This document shows, piece by piece, positions 24,256-38,300 of a stretch of 64,000 nucleotides of DNA; the stretch's first letter is position 1, and each line of letters opens with the position of its first letter. Below the pieces are notes generated by a model that saw nothing but the letters and a program-made list of their open reading frames with translations, ran no database searches and was not told the origin of the DNA. Where the stretch lies: NCBI GenBank assembly GCA_964270895.1, contig OZ185446.1. One strand, written 5' to 3'. A program made the position numbers and the translations under genes. The DNA comes from Podarcis filfolensis. Its lineage: Eukaryota.

Positions 24256-26531
24256 TTTTATTGGAGTTGTACATGCATAGAGCCCAGTAGACAAAAGTGT
24301 ACAGATTAGGGGATTCAGGTCCTCGTGCTTAGAGGTTTTATTACAGTCAAGCAGTATATACGTTTTGGTAACCTACATACGGCTTAAAAACGGATATATA
24401 TATGATACCTAGCATGCAATATCATTGAGATCTTGGAGCAGGGGCGAAGGGTGGCAGAATAAGCCAGCGTGATCCCTGCCATGTGTTTTCTTGAACGTTA
24501 GCTGGGGATTGATACAGTGTTCATGGAAGATGTGCCATAGTCATCTGTATGCACTCTATCTTTAACTCTTTATCCAGCCTCCCATTTTCAATTGGGGGAC
24601 CAATGTATGGGGTTAGGGACAGATGGATGCAGCAGGGACATTGTTAGATGCACAGCATAGGGAGGACTTCCAGAAATCTGAGTCCTGTTCCCTCTGTCAC
24701 CATTCACGATCTGCTGTTTTGTCTTAATTTTATTTTTTAACTTAACTTATAGTTATTTTTAACTTTGTCAGATGTCAAGCACAATATTACAAAGCTACAG
24801 TTAAGGCTACAGAAAATGTCATCCCACATTGGCCAGTTTAAAGAACTAGTTTATGATACTAATTTCATAAACTGGGCATTGGGGATGCAATTCAACTTTA
24901 TATTTCTTGAATAGCAGAACTACAGGCTGTATGGAAAAACGTTCTTGAAACTGAAAGGGGTTTCAAAATTAGTTCGATATCAAGAGTTTGTTATACATAG
25001 AAAAGCCAGTTTAGTTGAGTTAGTGCAAGTTAACTTGCATTTTCAGAATTTTACTATCTTTTCTAGACTTAGTTTTGTTTCTGTGGTTTCTCAACAATTC
25101 ACCACCATTTATTTTTTCAGTTTTTGTTATGCTGTCAGTGACTACATTTCATTACATTTTTGTCATTCTCATTCAAAAAAAAATATTGTGGTACATTCTG
25201 TCTGTGCATCATATCTTTGCTGTAAGTGTGTTTTAGTCATGAAATACATTAAAACCATGTTGTTGTTGTTGTTTTAAAAACCCTAAAGTCGTTGCTCCTC
25301 ACAATTTGCCCAACATGTAGCTGGTGTTTTATAACATGTTCACCCTAATCCAGTGACAGTGATTCTTCAATAGAAGAATTAGTTGCTCTGTGTGTGGCTG
25401 TAATGTTCAGGTAGTTGGCACTGGAACCTGATGTTGTAAAAGCTGAACATGTGATCAATAAGATCCAGTCAGGCATGTTTAGTCTACTACACATCTCTGA
25501 ATTGGGTTGATGCAGTTGATCAAGAGATCATAAAGACATATGATTTTATCATATTTGTAGAAAACCATTTTGCAATGTGAACTGATATTTGAAAAACAGT
25601 TGTCTATGTGTTTGACTAAGGCCTACTCAGAGTAGATCCATTAATATGTATATTTTAAGGGCATTTTATAAAACCGATTCATATTGTATGTAAATATGGA
25701 AAGGATATGCTTATATATGTTTATATGCAACTGTGTTGTTCCCCTTAATGTATGAGAGACTCACTTGTTCTCCATGTGTATGCTCTGTAGCAGATTTACA
25801 GATATGTCACACATCCATTTTGTAACCATACCTATGTCATATACGTATGTTTACAAAATGGATATATGATATTTCTGTAGTTAACAGGTATATATTACTA
25901 ACTTGGATAATGTGTGAAGGGACCCTTGGAGTCCTGTTTTTGTTTTTGGTGCAGCTTCAGGCTTTGCTAGTGGGCATTTATTGGTGAATACTTAATCATT
26001 GCTGAAAACAGTAGGCTGCTCAACACTGGGCCTGTAGAGAAGAAACGTGGTGGGACTTCTGTGTCCTCTTTCACATCTAAAACAAAAATGAATGTCAGAC
26101 ACATATGGGCAAATATCTGCATGAGATTTCTGTAGTAAACTTGTCGGGTAGAATACAGACTCTTACATGAAGAAAGTTATTAGATGGATTTGGGTTTACT
26201 AATAAGATAGAGATGAGTATATGAGCATTATACGATGTAAGGTAGAACAGGAGCCTGTCATTGGACGGAGCAAATAATAGTTGGTTATGGATTAGAATAA
26301 GAGTTCCAAATGTTTTTGAGATAACTTGATAGACTGTAATAAGCCAGTATCAAAGTTCATTATCTTGTGGAAAGTGACTGGTTACATTAAACATTTCATG
26401 TCATGAAATTGTAATGAGATGATTAAATGAGATTGTATGTTGCTAAGGGCACCAGTATTTGAACAATGCTTTCAAAGAATCTATTAATACGTTTGTAAGC
26501 AGCCTTTGAAAGTTTCACCCTACAGTCAATA

Positions 26532-26773
26532 CAGTTGTACCTTGGTAGTCAAACGCCTTAGTCGTGGAACAAATCGGCTCCCAGTCGTCGCAAACCCAGA
26601 AGTGAGTGTTCTGGTTTGCATACATTTTTGGGAAGCTGAATGTCCAGTGTGGCTTCCGATTGGCTACAGGAATCTCCTGCAGCCAATCGGAAGCGGTGCC
26701 TTGGTTTTTGAACCGTTTCGGGAGTTGAACGGACTCCCAGAACAGATTAAATTTGAGAACCAAGGTATGACTG
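26532..26773. mobile_element. Tc1/mariner (pogo/Tigger-like) MITE with central hairpin
   Basis: TIRs CAGTTGTACCTTGGT / ACCAAGGTATGACTG, TA flanks, internal palindrome gcttccgattggct..agccaatcggaagc at 26652-26694. Confidence 0.85.
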
Positions 26774-28483
26774 TACAGGAGTAGCACAAGTAAGACACCA
26801 ACTCCTTTCAGCAGACAACCCTTGCTGTCCCCAAACATGAAGCTTGTTGAGTTTTCAGCTGAAGAGCTAGAGGCATTGCAAGAGTTAAAATATTTGTTTG
26901 GATTAGAATTGTACTGTATTTAATAAGTACTAGGAATGCCCAGCTATGCATCCTGTGAGACTGAGATTATTTTAAGAATATTAACAATTTTCTGTGAATA
27001 TTAGAAATCTTGTTTGAAAATTAGGTTTATTGTGAATCTCCATGCTGGTAAAGGAATTACTGAATCTGCCTGGAAGAGTGCATTTTTATGAAATCCTCTG
27101 GCAGCCATGAAACAGCCCCCATTATAGCTTTGTGATTGCTGATATGCATTTCTGGGTTTCAATTCTGCAGGGTAGCCATTGATACAAAACAGTTAATGCC
27201 AGCAGCCCAAGGAAAATTGAGATAATCTTACTTCACAAGAATGTTGTCTTAGAAGTATTTTGTTAGACCTGCAAAAGCAACAGGTTTTATTGAAAAATAT
27301 TAAAATGTTAGCTTTGCATATTTTAAATAGAACTCCTTTGTGCTTGTGCATCTGGGTATGTGTGTTGTATGCTGCTGGCCCCACTGGAGGTCTTCCACAT
27401 TGCTACAGCGAATTTAATTAAAATAATCAGAAAATCTTAATGATACAATGATCTGAAGAAATGTAAATTATAGGGCACTTATCATGTTGCAAAGTTATTC
27501 CAGGTTTCTTAGTACAGTACTGTTATTTACTGCATCTGAAGCATGATGTCAGTCATTGATTACCATACAGGAACACTTTCCCATAATGCCATTCCTTGCC
27601 ATTAACATGATATGAAGCCTCAGTAAACTCATTCTGAGTCTTCATAACCAAGGAGCTTTATTTGCCAGAACCAACCTCCAGGGTAGTGTATTAATGTGAA
27701 GACATACCATATGATAAAGAAGTAGGTTGTATTCACCCAAGGGTGGTCTGTGCATGAGGCAAAGCAAAGCCATTTGTCTCGGGTGGATCTGATTCTCTTC
27801 CCTCCCCCTCCTTGCCCCCACTGTTGTACTGCTGCCAGCACTTTCCATGCTGTGGATCCAGTGCAGTTCCCCTTGCCACTGTGTCCTCGCCATTGCTGTG
27901 GTCTTGTGGTGGCAGCGCAGCCACAGCCACAGTTGTGGTGATGGGTTGGGCAGCAGTGACAGCAGAGGGAGGGAGGGGGTAGGGCACCAGATCTGCAGGG
28001 GGCAGGCATCAGGGGCGTAGGCAAAATGTCTTGGGCCAGCCCTGTATTTATCAATGCTATACATAATGCAGGGACTAAACTAGGCTTTATTTCACCCTGG
28101 TCAGAAAATTAGTTTGATTCCCTCCTATGCACATTTGTGTACACACATAGAGAGAGACTAGGAGCCTCAATGGCATCCCTCTGGATGCTTCACCTGGGGC
28201 AAAAAACCTGGTTAGCCCCCCCCCCCCCCGTAGCTACAGCTCTGCATCTTGGTAGCATTGGAAACAGCTAATCACACAAAGTATTCTACATAACACAGTC
28301 TGTTTTGGAATATTGGAGTGTGACTTCAATTAGCAGGTCTGAGAACCGAAGCACTGTTCAGTCTTGCCTTTGCTTTGTAGTTGCTGTAGTTGCACAAAGG
28401 TGTATTACTCTTACTTTTGCTGCTGAGTTTGAGTCCATTTAAAGATAATAGTGTTCTTACAACTGTCTTATTTTCCCCACTAG

Positions 28484-28587
28484 ACATGTTATATATGTGA
28501 TGAGCAAGGCAGAGAAAGTAAAGCAGCCACTGGCGCTTGCATGACTTGTAACAAGCATGGATGCCGCCAGGCTTTCCATGTAACATG
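28484..28587 (+). CDS. MLLT10: MLLT10 coding exon 5 (104 nt): PHD2
   Basis: ccccactAG|ACA TGT... = TCYICDEQGRESKAATGACMTCNKHGCRQAFHVT(C); donor TG|gtaagt. Confidence 0.97.
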
Positions 28588-29430
28588 GTAAGTAAGCAAT
28601 TCTCACTTGCGTGCATTCCTGGTTTCCTCTCTCCAAGTTATATTGTTTTATTGCCCTGGTAGATGTGGCTCCATAGTGGCATGATTCCATTTAAAATAAT
28701 CACTTGTTCTAGCATGGTTGTAGTAAGTACATTTCACTTAACCATTATTTCTGTAACTCATTGTACAATTTGTGCTGCGGTGGTGCAGAGAAAAGGCTTG
28801 ATGTCCTCCCTTACTCACAAACAGCAGTAACCTTAAGACATTTTTCTGATTAGATTTTTAAGTGCATGTTTACACACTCGGCCAAAAGATTATCTTTTAT
28901 CTAAATAAGAACCTGTTTTAGGGAGCAGTTCTGTGTGTCCCGGGAGGGAGGCTGAGAGGTTGTAGGATGCTGTGGAGAGGGAGGTCTGTGAGCACAGGCC
29001 TCCCTAGTATGGTGGCATAAGTTCTGTTGCTGTCATTCTACTACCAGCAGTGTTCTGAGGATGGTAGAGAAACAGAGTCTTCTGGGACATATTGGGATAG
29101 GCATTGATCCCAGACCCCATTGCTGTCCAGACTTGCCGACAGAAAGGGAGAAAAACTACTTCCCCTTTCATTACTTATTTCTCTTCCCATTAGTGTTAAT
29201 GGGAGGGGGGAAATTTAGAAGGCTGAAAGGAGGGGAGTGGAACCTCTGCCTCCCAGCTCCTGACTTCCACCTTGACCAGCCCAAGCTGGGAGAGCTTAGG
29301 AAGTGGCGTTCTCTCTACCAAATATCCCTCCCCCTAACAACTTTGGGATTCCTCTCCTAAATATTTTGTTGAGCAGTTACATTTTCCATCTTCAATATCT
29401 GATTTCTTCCTCTCTTTTGCTTCTTCTCAG

Positions 29431-29524
29431 TGCACAGTTTGCAGGACTTCTTTGTGAAGAAGAAGGAAATGGTGCAGATAACGTACAGTATTGTGGCTAC
29501 TGTAAATACCATTTCAGTAAGCTG
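29431..29524 (+). CDS. MLLT10: MLLT10 coding exon 6 (94 nt): end of PHD2
   Basis: ttcttctcAG|T GCA CAG... = (C)AQFAGLLCEEEGNGADNVQYCGYCKYHFSKL; donor CTG|gtaaga. Confidence 0.97.
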
Positions 29525-31616
29525 GTAAGAATCTGTTGAATTTAGTGTTTCAAATATTGCATTTTACTAATAACATGTACACTTAACAACTGGCCACTAA
29601 CAAGGCGTTGCTTTTACTAAATAGTGACTAAAGTGTAATCTTGTGGTCATTTCTAAATATTTAGTGAATGACAATTTTGACTTTACAGTTTTATTTCATA
29701 GTGAGTTTAATCTTTGTTATGGGAATAGCCTGAGGAACACCCACATTTTAATACTAGATGTGTACCTTGCCTTATAAAGAAAAAGCTTCCTAACTAAATC
29801 AGACAGTCATCCAGTCCATCGTTCTTGCAGCAGTGCCGCCCCTCATCCCAGATATCTCTGGGAAGCCCCAAATCAGAACATGATGGTAATAGCCATGCAC
29901 TGATCTCTGTCCCCTATGGATAGTAAGGTTCCTTTTTATCTATCATAATAATAGCAACTAAGCTGGCTTCCTGATTCTCTTGCTCTTATTTAAACTAATA
30001 TTTTTTAAAAATAGAAATTCTTTTTTTCCTGGCTTGTTTTATGTACATTTGGTTTGTCAGAGCACTTCACTATGTTTCAATTCAGGCAAGCCCTGCAATT
30101 TTTGAAAGAAAAATTATTGACTTTTATAGCATTCTTTATTATTTGCATTGCTTATGTGCCACCCTAAAACAAAAACTATCTACAAAAACTATTCACAATT
30201 TAAAACATTGGAATAAAAGTTCACTGAATTAAATAATATTTGAAACACAATGTTCAAAGGCCTGGGAAAATTAGAAGGCCTTTCAGGTGGGGAGGAAAAA
30301 CCTACCAGAGGAGGTGTGAGTCAGACCTCTCTAGAAACTGAATTCAACAAGTGGGGGGCTACTGGTGCAAAGGACCTTTTATTGATACTGCTATTTAACT
30401 ACCCTTGCATCTTTTCAGATTTATTGGTGCCTTTTTTCACCTGTTGTAGCAGGTGAAGAAGTTTAAAATAATTAAAGAAGTTTAAAATAATTTCCAAGCT
30501 TCTTGAAGTGATTTGGCTCTCCCAACTATATATGTTTTAGCTTACTTTTACCTAATAATAATCATAATATTAATGTTAATTCCCCATTTTACAGTTTAAT
30601 ATGACTGAGGGAATTTCTGGTCATTTTTTCATATTCACTATATTTAAGCATGATTGTATTGTGTTCATTGTTTGCATCTTCTGTCAGATCCTATTCACCT
30701 TTTGGGATTAAATACATAGATTTTCTTTTTGGTGAGTTCCATGATTGACCATCCCATCTGGAGTCATTTATTGTCTCTAGAAAACTTGTGCCTATTGTGA
30801 TACGATTCACCCACCCCCTGAGAAATTTCGTGGAGTCTCCTGTTATAATATTTCCAACCTTAGCTGCATCCCTGACAACCTTTTTGTAATTTAGCCTATT
30901 TTACAAGCCTAAATTGGAGTAAGTCTAACTGAATTCAGTGAGACTTGCTTCTGAACTGACATGCATAGGATTTATACTGTCAGTCACTATTAGAGCAATA
31001 GCCCTATATTATTATTTTTACTTGGATTTTGGGGATAAACTTTATGTTCTAAGTTTTCTAATTTATTCAGTTAACTAATGCCATTTCTTTAAAAATTGTG
31101 AGGATAATCACATGCTGTTGACTTTTCAGTATTCTAGGTTTCTGATGCAGCAAATATAGCTATATTCTCTTCCAATTCTGAGCTTCCTAATTTAGATATT
31201 TTGTCCTTCTCCTAAAATTATTTTTCTGTGTAGGATTTCAAGTGACATTTGAGTATTTCTGAACAGCTCCCATTAGTTTCTGTGCTTGTTGTCAGTTTCT
31301 GTTCTATCTGTACTCTGAGGGTGTAGATTAAGGCTCCAGATTGTTCCATTGCTGCTACATCTCTCTACCTGCATGACACCTGACATCAGAGGTGGGCATG
31401 GTTTGGGGGGAAAGTGCCTTGTGGGCCAAATTTGGTCCCATGTTGGGGCTGATTTGGCCTGAAGGCCACTGCTTCCCCACCCCTGGTATAGAATAACAGC
31501 TGCAAGTGATCCTGAAACAGATACTCCTCAGCACCTGCAGGTTGTTCACCAAAAGTTGGGCTTTACAACCTATGATTATGTTGTAAAGGTTACAACCTAA
31601 ATCATAGGTTACAGGG

Positions 31617-31832
31617 AACCAGACAGAGGGCCTTCTCGGTAGTGGCGCCCATCCTGTGGAACACCCTCCCTTCAGATGTGAAGGAAATAAGCAGCTATCC
31701 TATCTTTAAAAGACATCTGAAGGCAGCCCTGTTCAGAGAAGTTTTTAATATTTAATGCTTTACTGTTTTTAACATTTGATTGGGAGCCGCCCAGAGTGGC
31801 TGGGGAAACTCAGCCAGATGGTATAAATAATA

Positions 31833-31881
<49 letters not shown>
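31617..31881 (+). mobile_element. LINE 3'-end fragment (L2-like) ending in an (ATT)16 tail at 31834-31881
   Basis: Homologous to 16856-17082; microsatellite tail read directly. Confidence 0.75.
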
Positions 31882-31883
<2 letters not shown>

Positions 31884-33048
31884 AATGCTAGATTCTGATT
31901 CCTTTGGGATTCAAGATAAGCAAGTGTTGTCAATGCAGAATGTGATCCAGAGATGTGGAATTAATCTGATTTAACTTATTCATAAGCTATATATACTTAA
32001 GAGCTGACTAGTGAGGATTCTGCTGTGTATACAGGTTTTCCCCACTCTATCATATTAAAGTGTTAGACCTGAATTTGGTATTTCTCAGATCTCACAGGCA
32101 ATGGACTCCCAGTAGGATGCCTGCTATTTATCCTTGCTCAGTCCCTCCCCTTCCCAGGACACACTTAAGTTCTGCAAAAGTTTCCTTTCCTTTCCCTTCT
32201 GATCTTCACTTGCTGCTACTGTAAACCCTCCTGACTTCCCACTTTCTTTTCCTGGATTTTTCCATGCTTTGCCATGTGGATTTAGTCATCTTGCTTGCAT
32301 TTCATTGTTGTGCTCATAGATATCTTCATGTCTTCTGGATTGGAATGGCAGCTCAGAATTGCTTGCCTCCCTGTAGCACTAGTATCAGCAGGAGAACTGT
32401 TTATTCTGCTGTCAGTAAATGCTAGAAACAACTATAACTGGAGTTGCCTTGGCTACTTGCTTTACTTGAACACTAGTAGTAGGAATTAGGATTTTATTCT
32501 GTTCTTTTCTCCTCCCTGACAGCCTTAATATTTCATAAGGATCTCTGATCAAAGTGGAGTTAAGGTTTCAAATTCCACATCATAAGCAGGAATAACTCTA
32601 CTGATTCAGTTGTTTGCATTTGACTACTGTACTTGCATTGATAGAAAAAGAAGGTTATCTATGTAAAATGAATACTGATGTTAATATCTCACAGTTTACT
32701 AATGGCACAGCCAAGACTCTATAAACCTGCATGTCTGAGATCATGCAGTGGAGCTGACAGTATGGCTTCTGATGTAATATGTGCATTTTAAAATGTTTTC
32801 TGTATAGTAAGGGGATTGGGTGCTTTCTGTCCCCAGCCCACTCAGGAGTCAAATTTTGGATGTTTTGTTTGCATATTGGTGTACACAGCCACAACCTAAA
32901 ATGTACAACTTGTAAATTTCAGTTTTGTGGTATATAGGGCCGACTTGTGTTAGACTTTATGCACATAGACTCCTATGCAAACATGATATCTGATGAGCAG
33001 CTGTCATGCAGATCCAGAGGCATGAAAGTACAACCACCTATTCTCTTT

Positions 33049-34090
33049 GAGAATATAAGGAAAGCCCTGTTGGATCAAGGCAGAGACCCATCTAGTCCAG
33101 CCAGATGCGTATGGGCTGCCTGCAAACAGGACCTGAACACAAGAGCACTCTCCTCTGCTGTCGTTTCCAGAAGCTGGTATTCAGAAGCATGGCTGCCTCT
33201 GACTGTGGAGGCAGACCATTGTCATCATGACTACTAGTCACTGAAAGCTGTATTGTCCATTAAATTTTCTACTCCCCTTTTAAAGCCATCCAAGTTGGTG
33301 GCCATCTCTGCTTACTGTGGAAGTAAGTTCCATAGTTTAACTATGCATTGCACTTTCTTTTAACTGTCCCAAAATTTCCAACATTCATTGGAATGCTACA
33401 AGTTTTTGTGTTGGATGGCTACAAGTTTTAGTGTAATGTGTTTAGTGTTAGTGTTATGAAAGAGGGAGAAAAACCTTTTTTCCATTTCCTCCATGCCATG
33501 CATAATTTTATAAATTTCTATCATGTCACCTCTTTCTCACCTTTCCTATGATTTAAAAAGTCCAAAATGTTGCAACTTCCTCATGGGGGAGTTTTTCCAA
33601 CCCCTTGATCCTTTTGGTCACAGTTTTCTGAAACTCCACTTTCTACAACTGCCATTTATTCCTGATGCACAAGAGGACCTCTCCTTTTATTCCATGACTG
33701 TTAAGCTTGGTCAGGAGCCAGAGTTTTTGAGAGTCCATGTACACATTATCTGTATGCTTCCTATCTCTCACAAAGACCCATAATAGGTTAGTAAGACAGG
33801 ACTTGCCATTGCAGAAGCCATGTTGGCTCTGCTTCAGCAAGGCTTGTTCTTCTATATGCGTCATTATTTTGTCTTTGACAATTCTTTCCACCATTTTTCT
33901 TGGGATAAGCGTTAAGCTATTTGGCCTGTAATTTCCAGGATTCTCCCAGCTCCCTTTTTAGAAATTGGTGCACACTGGCTGCTTTCTAGTTCTCAGGGAC
34001 AAGTTATATATTTTTGTTAGAATACCAACAATTTCACATTTGAGTTCTTTGAGAACTCGCAAGTGAATGCCATCCAGACCAAGTGATCTA
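33049..34090 (-). mobile_element. CR1 LINE fragment, internally deleted (start of RT fused to the 3' end)
   Basis: Minus-strand ORF 33643..33894 MVERIVKDKIMTHIEEQALLKQSQHGFCNGKSCLTNL carries the CR1 RT QHGF..GKSCLTNL motif; a CR1-type 3' UTR follows. Confidence 0.88.
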
Positions 34091-35246
34091 TTAAGTGTAA
34101 AACTTCACCTCTTAGCAGCACTATCTGCCTCAGGCATCTTTGCACTTGTAGCTCTCATAACCTCTGTATAGATCAGTAGTCGCCGTAGAATCATTACAAT
34201 TTTTCAAATTTCTGTGGCTTTCCTTGTTATGGAATGATGCCTGAAAAAGTACAGGATGGGGCTTTTTAAGGGGTTGGGCTTCTAATAATGAAAGACACAG
34301 CTTTCCCCATGAACTCTCAATTAATACATTTAAACACCTGTTGTTCTGCAGTATTTTATAAATCCCCACTTTTCTCCAGTCAGCGACATGATACCTTGAA
34401 ACAATAAAATTCATGCACGACAGAAAGTCCATGGAAAAATGTGTTGCCCAAGTAAGAAAGAAAGCATTAATTGAATGGTTGCAGAATTCTCCAGTGTACT
34501 CAAACTTGCATTTTCTGGTTTTTAAAGCATAGAAAAAATTGAATTGTGCATTACTTTCTTCGGCACTATAAAAGTACCAAGTAAGTAATGTGCCAGAATT
34601 ATATTGAGGATTATTGAGGCTACAGTTGTTGAAGCCTTTATTTGTTATTTTTAAGCACTATGCAAATAAATACTGCATAGATAATAAAAAAATACAAGTC
34701 TAATATAAATTCTGATTCTTGGGAAATGTTTTAATACTTGGATTGACTCTTTAAATATTGCTACTTTTTTAAAGGTATGATTACCTATAAATACTGTTGA
34801 TTCTGAAATGGGTTGATTCTGAAGCAGCTACTTTTTAGCTGTTTAACTGTCAGCTTCAATGAGCAAATTAATAGAAGTTGCTAATTCTTTAGGCTGGGAA
34901 CTACTAATAGGTGCTGTTTATTTAAGCCAGAAAGAGTTTGCTTCACATAAGCATGTCTTAATATATGCAAATTCAGCAAAATAATGTTTTTAATCTTATG
35001 ATACTGACTTTATTAAAGGTACCTTTACAAATAGTGGCAGTGAAGATAGCAGGCTTTTTATTCTTGTCTTTTCATACTCCTCAGAACAGCTTTGTTTAGA
35101 TTATGAGTGTTTTGGTTAGCTCTGGAGTTATGAATTTGTGTTTTGATTGATAAGGTGCTTGTTCAGACATGGTGTAGATGGCTTTTACGTATATTCATTT
35201 CATGAATATATATATATGTGTGTGTATATATATTTTCTCTTTTTAG

Positions 35247-35342
35247 AAAAAGAGCAAACGGGCATCTAATAGGTCATATGATCAAAGTTTAAGTGATTCT
35301 TCCTCTCACTCTCAGGATAAACACCATGAGAAAGAGAAAAAA
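35247..35342 (+). CDS. MLLT10: MLLT10 coding exon 7 (96 nt)
   Basis: tttttAG|AAA AAG... = KKSKRASNRSYDQSLSDSSSHSQDKHHEKEKK; donor AAA|gtaagt. Confidence 0.96.
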
Positions 35343-38300
35343 GTAAGTGGATCTGTTACATAACACATCTGCTTTTATTGTGTTAGCACCTTCGAAATGT
35401 TTAATCAGTAATCATTAAATGTATGAGGATGTTTGGTTTCTTCAGTGTGGGAAACAGCTATATTAATACTGTGTGCATGTTGATTCAGCGATAACAAGAC
35501 CTAGCGGAGGAACTCTCCTTTTTGTTCCTTACATTTCATTCTACCAGTGTCCTTGTTTCAAGTTGCGGGGAAAGGGGATTAGAGTAGGGTTTCTTGCATG
35601 CAATTGATTTTATTATAGATTTTGTCATATAATAGTGAAGCTGGTTTTCATTTGACTATACGAGTAGCATACTTGTTCTTAAAAATATCAGTTTCTGCAT
35701 ATCTTATTATTGCAATCTTTCATGTACCCATTTCACTTCTGTTGAAGAAAGCTAGCTAGAAGTTGTTGGCTGATCTTTTGGTGGTACTTGCAATCTTTTC
35801 TGCATTGTAATTACATACAAGATGCTATTATCATTCATATGGAAATTTGTAATCTCAGTAAATTGTAAAAAATAAATCACTAAAGACTAATTGCATCCCT
35901 GTTGACTTGTTCTTCTTATACTTTGATTTTAGATAGTTTAGGGAAGAAGGTTGATTCAGTGTTGGTAAGTGAATACTTGCAAATTTTTGGCTCACAATAC
36001 CAAATTTATAATTGCTTTAAGTTATTTGTTTTCCGTTGCATAGAACTAAAGCAGCAGATATAACTCAAACCTCCATAAGAGGAGAGTAGACTCTGTCTGG
36101 ATATTCCAAGCCTATGTTCAGTGTTACCTTGTTTTGTGAACTATTTGTTGGGGAAACGTCTCTGCTTTTCCAACTTGGCCATATTTGCTAGGATTCAGAA
36201 AGGTATACATTGAACTTGGCTCGGCTTCTTGCCGGTGATGTGGGATGGGGCACATTCCTGAAATGGTATTTCATAAAATGTAATTAGCAAATAAATCAAT
36301 CTATAAAATTCCAGTCACTCTGAGTAGTTTCAAGTTGTATCAGTAATAAATATGACTTCTGTAGTGGATGAAGTGTGATAAGCTGCCCATAGATTTGTTG
36401 TAGGTAGAACGATCCTATAGTGGAAAATAATGTGGCTAACATACTTTTAAATTAGATTCACTTTAATCCAATCTGCAACTAACAAGTAGTATGTTTCTGC
36501 AGACAGACATAGTGAAAGTGAGGGTGCCAGTTCTGTTCCAGGCAATAGCTTTGAGAGTACAGGTAGGCCACCAGAGTAAGAAGTCAAGGCAGGGTAAAGT
36601 CTCTGGGTTATGGCAATGCAAGGGTTTCAAGATTCATTGGCACCCTGGATAACTCAATGCAAAACTCAGGCTAGAGACTCCATAACAGTAGAGATTAAAT
36701 GTTGCCTGAGCATGGCAGATTTTCAGACTTAATAGAAGCTGCAGCTCTATCTGAGTTACTAGTTTCACCTTAAGTGAGACAAGGTGCCACAACCAGCCTG
36801 CCTTGACAGATTGGGAGAGTCTGTGGTTCTGTTAAGACTTCTGAGTTGGAGTTCTCTGAGTCAGAGGAGGGAAAGTGACTGGCATAATAGACTCCTAAGT
36901 ACTTCGGACAGGTCGTCTCAGAGGTCTAGAGAGGCCTGGGCCACTTCCAACTTTTGAGACCTCTACTCAGAATAAAAACTACAAACAATTAAGTCAACAC
37001 ACTAAAACAAAATAATACAATCCTTCCTCCTCCCCATTCAACAACCAAAAACTGTTTCCTTCAGACTCAGAGCAAGAAATACAAAGGACCTGTGTGTAGG
37101 CCAGCCTGAGAACTAGACACACCGGTTGGATGGGAGAAATTTGCACAGTGGAAACTCTCTTCTCAAATATTTAGGCTGCAATTCTAATCCCAATGGGAGT
37201 AACCTCCATTGAATTCAATATAATTTATTTCTTATGGTTAGGATTGCCCTTAAAATCAACAGCTTCTCTGTACATGTGTGCAAGTGCCTTAGATACGCAC
37301 AAGGGCTCTTTGGCTCCCAGCCATAGATAACCCTAATTATCCTAATGATGCAGAAAGAGGCACAGTAGCTGTGTGTTGACATTTCCATCTTATAAAAGGG
37401 TAGAAGGCCAAAAATTAGAGGCTTTCTCAAGATTATTGACCAAGGCTCTTGGTTTTGCCTCCCTCACCATGTCTCTAGGCCATACATAATATGAAGAACT
37501 TTTTATCTTGGGATTCTAGTTACATTCCCCCCACCTTTCTGAGCAGTTTGAATATACTTGTGCATTTGTCACACCAAGTTATTGACTACTAATCAGTTTT
37601 TTCCACTTTTGCAGGGAGGGGGATATTCGTGATACTCAGTTGTATTTTAAATTGATGTATGGATATTTTAATATGTTACTAAAGCTAACAGCATTAGAAT
37701 AATAGAACCTAATAGGGAGTTCATTCCTGGAGTGTAGTTCCTTGTGGCATCATCCATGCATATGGGGGAATCCAAAAGGAGCCAATTGCCAGTTAAGTAT
37801 GTTCAGTGGTCACAGAAGAGTGCCTTTTTGAGGAGGAGTAATGCAAAACGGGGGATGGAGAGGAATTGGATATAGAATATCCTGGAAAAGGGCATAGCTG
37901 GCTGGCTGGAGCCCTTAACAGAAGCACTGCACACTGCCAAATGTTCTTGCAGGTCCCCTTGTATAGAACATTGCTCGAGCCTGCTTGTCTGTTGGGTAGT
38001 TTCTAAACCATTTTAAATGATTATAGCCTGAGAGCTCAGTTTTTAAAGTAAACAATTTGTTCTTAACAGTAGCAATTGCAAAGAAATCTGTTTTATTTAA
38101 TTTCGGTTTACAAAATTTCAAAATCCCTTGATAGATGAATTTAAGTTTTGAAAATGTCATGATTCTTCCATAATTGCAAACATGAGAGACACGTTTTACA
38201 GTTAAAAGCCTATGCTGTGTTGCAGTGGAGGAGCAGACATTAATGAGCTATTCATTTTAGTGTGTATCCTTCTTCAAGTCATAATGAAAACGTGGGTGGG

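Noticed and set aside
2815-29524. Assignment to MLLT6 (AF17) or another PZP gene (BRPF/JADE)
   Set aside because: The N-terminal extension and downstream exons match AF10 specifically.
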